Part shown: positions 58,130 through 64,000 of the stretch, piece by piece
Layout: each line of letters starts with the position of its first letter
How positions within the stretch are numbered: the first letter of the stretch is position 1
Assembly (NCBI RefSeq): GCF_006345805.1
Contig: NC_043001.1
Location: 85,064,001 to 85,128,000, forward strand
Length of the DNA: 64,000 nucleotides
DNA from: Octopus sinensis
Lineage: Eukaryota
Direction of reading: 5' to 3'
Notes under the pieces: generated by a model
Told to the model about the DNA's origin: nothing
What the model saw: only the letters and a program-made list of their open reading frames with translations
Databases searched by the model: none
Made by a program: the position numbers and the translations under genes

Positions 58130-58818
58130 CTCAATGTCAGCATCATCTTGAACGCCAGAAAATCATCTTTGAATCATGATCTTTTTACAGGGTAAAAATT
58201 AAAGGCGATTCACTGTTCGACGTATCTATGAGGAGGTACGACGGTGCTGAGTTCGTTGATCTTGTCGGATAAATTTAACTTGGATACCCTTAAGAGACGT
58301 AGATACCCCCACATGTTGTTGCTGAATAGGTCATATGTATGGCCATACAATGTGCAATTTCAAGAAGAATCTCATAAAGATCTTCAAAGAATTCGGCCAA
58401 TAGATTAGAGCTACCTCTAACTTGACAACGTTCGGTTTCCTTGATGTAGACCTACACCTGAGAACGGAAAAGTATAACTTTTTACAAGAAGTCAAACCAG
58501 AAAACTGTGTATATCCACAGAAGCTCTAAGCCTGAATCCCAACGTAAATAGAAGCCTAGTTTTAGGTATCGGTTGAAAATATCTAATTTTTTTAGCAGAT
58601 ATAGAGATCTTCAATTGAGACGTCCCTATTATAACTAGACTTCACTGAGGAACGGATTTACCGCAAAGTTAACATATATAAAGGACGACCCGTTCGCAAC
58701 CCTGCAGCCGAAGGTAACCAGAAATAGAAAAATAATCTGGTTCAAACCTTCAGTTAACTAAGTTTCAACCAACATAGCTAGGATATTTCTTCAGACTGAA
58801 TCTTCCTGCACCCCCGAT
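58130..58818 (+). mobile_element. Decayed Penelope-like (Naiad-type) RT fragment
   Basis: Broken frames give LFDVSMRRYDGAEFVDLVG, KKNLIKIFKEFG, FLDVDLHL, VYIHRSS, IIWFKPSV and STNIARIFL. Confidence 0.75.
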
Positions 58819-58844
58819 TAAGGATCGCACGCACACATCATACA

Positions 58845-58929
<85 letters not shown>

Positions 58930-59288
58930 ACACGCACACACGACCAACTCACACCCAAACACCTTACGACAATATACTTCTGCACATTAACTCTTTACAC
59001 ACATACACCCGCCAAAACATACGCAGGCCACTACCCTCGTATTCTCGTCTCTAAATATATATACACTTCTATACTTACATATACATCCCCAACACTACTG
59101 CTATAGAACCACATTACTCGATGGTTGTTGATCCCTTACTTCTGCTTGCCTGTGATTTTTTCTTAGCAACTTTTCTTCATTATTGCAGCTATGCATTTTC
59201 TTTTCTTCAGATGAAGGAGAAATGTTAAAACTCTTTCCCTCCATGCAACTTAAAATTTTGCAAGGTCGTTAAAACTGACCAAGCTCGT
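58784..59288. repeat. Left arm of ~500-bp near-identical inverted duplication
   Basis: Reverse complement of 61296-61777 apart from (CA)n length. Confidence 0.92.
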
Positions 59289-60039
59289 TTGGTGTCGTCT
59301 CCTTCATTTGGAAATGACTTGGGAAGTGCTAGCGAAAGCAGTTTACTGGTGTGTGTGTATGTGTGTGTGTGCGTATGTGTGTGTGCGTGTGTGCGTGTGT
59401 GCGTGCGTGTGTGTGTGTATACCTGTTGCATGTGTGTCTGTGAGTGCGTATCTTGTGCGAGTACGTGTGAATCTGCTGTCTCTGTGTGCATTTGTGTGTG
59501 AGCGAGCGTGTCAGTGTGTGTGTGATTTGACAGTACCCGCTAGCTTGTGCGTATGTGCGAGTATACCTTAGCGTATGTATGTGATATATGTACACGTAAG
59601 GCTGTGGATGTATATCAGCTGTTAGCACATGCCAGCATTTACGTGTTCGTTGGAATATGTTCTGTGTGTGTAAGCACGTGTAGGTATTTACCATGCGTAT
59701 ATGAGTGCGTACGTATGAAGCATCTGGTATGTGTGTATATATGTATCTCTGTATTTGTGTATGTACATGCATTCGTGTACGTGCGTATCTGCATGAAAGG
59801 TGTGTGTATGTTTACATGTGGTATGTAAATATATATGCATACCTCAGATATATTGTATGTGGGTACCTCTCATGTGTTCTTTGGTATGTGCACTATGTGA
59901 TTGCGGCGTGATTACATGTGGGAACTTATGTACTGGTGAGTTGTGTATGGTACAACGCAGTGACCAGAGTGTCATATGCACAATCGGGTTTGTTGTTGAA
60001 GTAAGACGTTACAGTGTGAGGGAACAAAGGTACTCTCTT

Positions 60040-60410
60040 TTACTTGTTTCACTCATTTGACTGCGGCCATGCTGGAGCACCGCCTTTAGTCGAGCAAATC
60101 GACCCCAGGACTTATTCTATCGGGCTCTTTTGCCGAACCGCTAAGTTAGGGGGACGTAAACACACTACCATCGGATGTCAAACGTTGTTGGTGGGGGGAC
60201 AAACACAGACACAGAAACACACACACAGCCACATTCCCCCCCATATATATATATATATACATATATACGACAGGCTTTTTTCAGTTTCTGTCTACCAAGC
60301 TTTGGTCGGCCCGAGGCTATAGTAGAAGACAGTTACCCAAGGTGCCACGCAGTGGGATTGAACCCGGGACCATGTGGTTGGTAAGCAAGCTACTTACCAC
60401 ACAGCGAATC
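60040..60410 (-). mobile_element. SINE family B copy
   Basis: Reverse complement of the 17417-17868 consensus. Confidence 0.78.
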
Positions 60411-60649
60411 CTGCGTAAAACATATATACACGAATACATATATGTACACGAATGCATGCATATACAAACACGAGTATAATTTCAATCGTGGAAGATTGCA
60501 GAAACTACATATCGCTGGAATGTCTGGATACATCATCTGTGATAAGTGCGAGCAGCGGATGTTAAATATCCTGCTCTTGCGTGTGGGTTGGACAGATCTA
60601 AGGTGGGTTATCAACAGGCAGTGGCTGGAAGTTCATTGACAAGGCGAAC

Positions 60650-61145
60650 CACTATGGCAGCACTATGATAGTTCTTTTTTCCTATTGATTAATGACCCTC
60701 CTGGTTGATAGAGAATATGCAGGCTTTTTCGCGGAAGGAGAACAGTCAGTTGCGGACTCTGGTTGAATAAGGTGGGGTCCTGTCAAGGATGTTCCATTCG
60801 ATGTTGTGCGTATCATTCCAGGAACCCACAGTCTCCAGTCAAAGCGGGAAAAGTAGGTGGAACCTGAGAGAATGCATATGCTCTGTATACTTTCCTTTGA
60901 TGGCATTCGCCGTAGTGCCCGTGTAGTTCCTCGTGATGAGAGTGGCTTTATAAACTACACTTATTTAGAAGTAGGATCCTACCAGAGGGCAGCTAGTAAG
61001 ATTTCGGTATGTACAGAATGGGGATTTTGGAGGCTATGTACGTGTATGTTTACGTCTGTTATAGCGTATGACGTTAGAAGCGACGTTGTCTAAGATGGAA
61101 TTGAAACATTAAGAGTATGTGCTTCAAAAGGTTATTGTACTTATG
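60650..61145 (-). mobile_element. Decayed PLE linker + GIY-YIG endonuclease (continuation of 58130-58818, inverted)
   Basis: Minus frames give HKYNNL.., CTYRNLTSCPLVGS..ISVVYKAT...YTGTT...KGKYTEH, IEWNILDRTPPY..RN*LFSFREK and LINRKKELS*CCH. Confidence 0.75.
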
Positions 61146-61295
61146 GCACCAAATTCCTGTACAACCACGTTTAAGTTTAGCCATACATCTGATGTCGCTA
61201 CTATATCAATATCAATATCAACAGCACCATGTGACCCGCCGTGACGAATCTCAATCAGACATCTTGAACTTTTTCCATCCGTTTACCTAAGCCTG

Positions 61296-61654
61296 ACGAG
61301 CTTGGTCAGTTTTAACGACCTTGCAAAATTTTAAGTTGCATGGAGGGAAAGAGTTTTAACATTTCTCCTTCATCTGAAGAAAAGAAAATGCATAGCTGCA
61401 ATAATGAAGAAAAGTTGCTAAGAAAAAATCACAGGCAAGCAGAAGTAAGGGATCAACAACCATCGAGTAATGTGGTTCTATAGCAGTAGTGTTGGGGATG
61501 TATATGTAAGTATAGAAGTGTATATATATTTAGAGACGAGAATACGAGGGTAGTGGCCTGCGTATGTTTTGGCGGGTGTATGTGTGTAAAGAGTTAATGT
61601 GCAGAAGTATATTGTCGTAAGGTGTTTGGGTGTGAGTTGGTCGTGTGTGCGTGT

Positions 61655-61694
<40 letters not shown>

Positions 61695-61777
61695 TGTGTG
61701 TGTGTGTGTGTGTTTGTGTATGATGTGTGCGTGCGATCCTTAATCGGGGGTGCAGGAAGATTCAGTCTGAAGAAATA
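61296..61777. repeat. Right arm of the inverted duplication
   Basis: See 58784-59288; spacer 2007 bp. Confidence 0.92.
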
Positions 61778-63303
61778 GCAGTGGAAACCAGAGTGAGGTA
61801 GAAGGGAAGCCAATGCGAATGTGGAGCTTACAATGCAGATATGCATAAAAAGTATGGCAGTGAAATGCTCTTACATGAAGGAAGAAAAGAACAAAAGAAA
61901 CTTAGGTGAAAGAAAACAATCTGAGTTGAGGAAGACAAGAGAGTTCAGAAAATTAATCATGGTAGAAAACAGTGAAAAAGAAGACGGAAATTAAGAACTC
62001 TGTAGGACTAGAAAAAACTCATTTATAAATTACTCAAATTTGGTGGAAAATGTTTGGAGCAGTTTTATAATGTTGAGGAAATGCTAAAACAAATTTAGCC
62101 GGGTGGGTTATCTGGAGATTAAGAGTAACGTAATAGATGTGTGCGCACGTTTGGAGTGCAAGGCGTGCTTTCATGGAAAAAGAGGAAAGATACCTTTAAA
62201 TAATAAGTCATAAGTAGTAGAAAACCCGAAGGGAATAAGGACGAGAAATGAGTAAAACTCACATGGAAGAGAATTAAGTAAAACCTCTGCGGAGAATAAA
62301 GTATGAACGTTAGATATGGAAATGTTAGATTCACATGGAGTTAAGGAAAATGGTGAGGTGTAGAGATGGAAACCTCTAAAGAAAACACAGCGAAGGCGGG
62401 AGAGGTAGAAGACTGTAGAGATATTTGAGAGTCGCAAATGGAGGAAGAATGTGCCTAAGTGAATGAAAATACGTGTGTGTGTGTGTGAGTGTGCTTAAGT
62501 GTGCGCGTATGTGTGCAGAGGTGTGTATGTGGAGCTAAATTCCTACGCATTGTGAGTCCATGTATATGTTTGTGCGTATAGCCAGAGAAAATGTAGGAAC
62601 GCGTGATAGTGTGTTCGTATGCATGTGTCAAAGAGAGATGTTGTATGAACGGTGATATGTGTTGTGGTTATAAATGTGCGAAGAGTAAATATATGAGGAC
62701 AGCCATGTTCCAACAACATGGTGTATGGGGGTATGTGAGACACATACATGCTTCTGGACGTGTGTGCGCCGGGGGACAAGTTGGTAAAGGAAATCAGGTT
62801 TGTATATATATGTGTGTAAGTGATATGAAATTGCAAGTAAGGCGATGTACGGGAAAATGTGTTTATTTGGAAACGGTGTTGGCCTACTGAAGATACGTGT
62901 GTAGCAATGAAGGTAGTGAGGGTGGTATAAACGCAGTGTTGCTAGTGAAGGAAATAGATGGGATGCAGGAAAGGGATGTGGGAAAGATGTTGGATGGAAT
63001 GGTTGGAGGATCGGAAATGTCTTCAGGTATTTAACCCAAGTTGGATGTCTCTGAGTTGCTCAACGAAGCTCAGAACCATTTAACGGCTAGTTTGCTCTTT
63101 TTGGATACACTTATAGAGAAAACATTGGAGAACAAATACAAGACTACTGGAAGTAGAGCGAAGAATATTTTCATTGTTTCAATCTAATATTTCCCTCTAT
63201 TTCTCAGAAGAATGGCTATTGTTCGATACGTTAAGACACCCTTTATTTTGAGCGCTGGTTAAAACTTGTCCTACTTGTGTTGCCTTATTTCAGTTATTGC
63301 TAC

Positions 63304-63385
<82 letters not shown>

Positions 63386-63544
63386 AACACACAAACATTT
63401 GAGTGTATATATTTCTTGGACTGCTGGATAAACTATTAATAGTTACGAAGTTAAAAATTATCTTTTAGCTGATCTCCGAGTTAGTAGCCTTGCTATCCAT
63501 TGTGGATATGCATAGTCTTGTTTTTACGGACATCAGAATACATG

Positions 63545-63612
<68 letters not shown>

Positions 63613-64000
63613 ATATATATATATTCCTGTTTGAAAAAGGTATTTATTCATGCTTTATTTTTACGTTGAGAAAAGTCTTAGTGATTATAATTTTCTATTC
63701 AGTAGAGAAGAAATATAACTTGTAGCCATGAATACTCAACGGGAACTAGAAAAATATTAGGTAATTGTATGAAAAAGCAGACACTTTTATAGAAAGAATA
63801 TAAATACGAACAAATTAGCGAAGGACTTATGAATATGAATAAACAGAAAAAAGAAATTGGATAGATGTAGATAAAAATTAAGAAAGTAAAAGGAGTCTAT
63901 AGGAAAACAGAAATGATAAGGAAAAGATGCCAGAAATTACGCACAAACTAAAAAAAAAAGAAAAAAGAAAACTAATTGTTGAAAAGCCCAACGGCTCAGT

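Noticed and set aside
61374-61395. CTGAAGA-AAA-GAAA-ATGCAT in both arms of the inverted duplication
   Set aside because: No stem II and no stem I pairing.

Overview
This is eukaryotic, AT-rich, microsatellite-dense DNA, most likely from an octopus (inferred from the gene and the repeat families). It contains one host protein-coding gene: a complete six-exon lens S-crystallin (sigma-class GST derivative, 215 aa, + strand, ATG 35336 to TAA 54812). The gene has a TATA/Inr core promoter, a 30-nt symmetric micro-exon encoding the alpha4-alpha5 loop insertion, and AATAAA signals. The rest is mobile DNA and simple repeats. (i) Several Penelope-like elements (PLEs). One at 7880-10455 has 296-bp inverted pseudo-LTRs and an uninterrupted Asn-rich + GIY-YIG ORF without RT. 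One at 58-62 kb is split by an inversion with a ~500-bp inverted duplication. (ii) Five type I hammerhead ribozyme motifs within 7.9-18.0 kb, from at least four unrelated sequence contexts. (iii) Five R4/Dong-like (RLE) non-LTR retrotransposon pieces, mostly next to (AAT)n, one with a twister-like motif in its 5' UTR. (iv) A non-coding ~570-bp element that sits in (AAT)n-type tracts in all three copies and looks like a non-autonomous passenger of those elements. (v) A non-autonomous Helitron, Tc1/mariner derivatives, a Chapaev3-like remnant and at least four tRNA-derived SINE families. All alignments and RNA folds were done by eye. TE family names rest on remembered motifs, not database searches, and TE/SINE boundaries are approximate.
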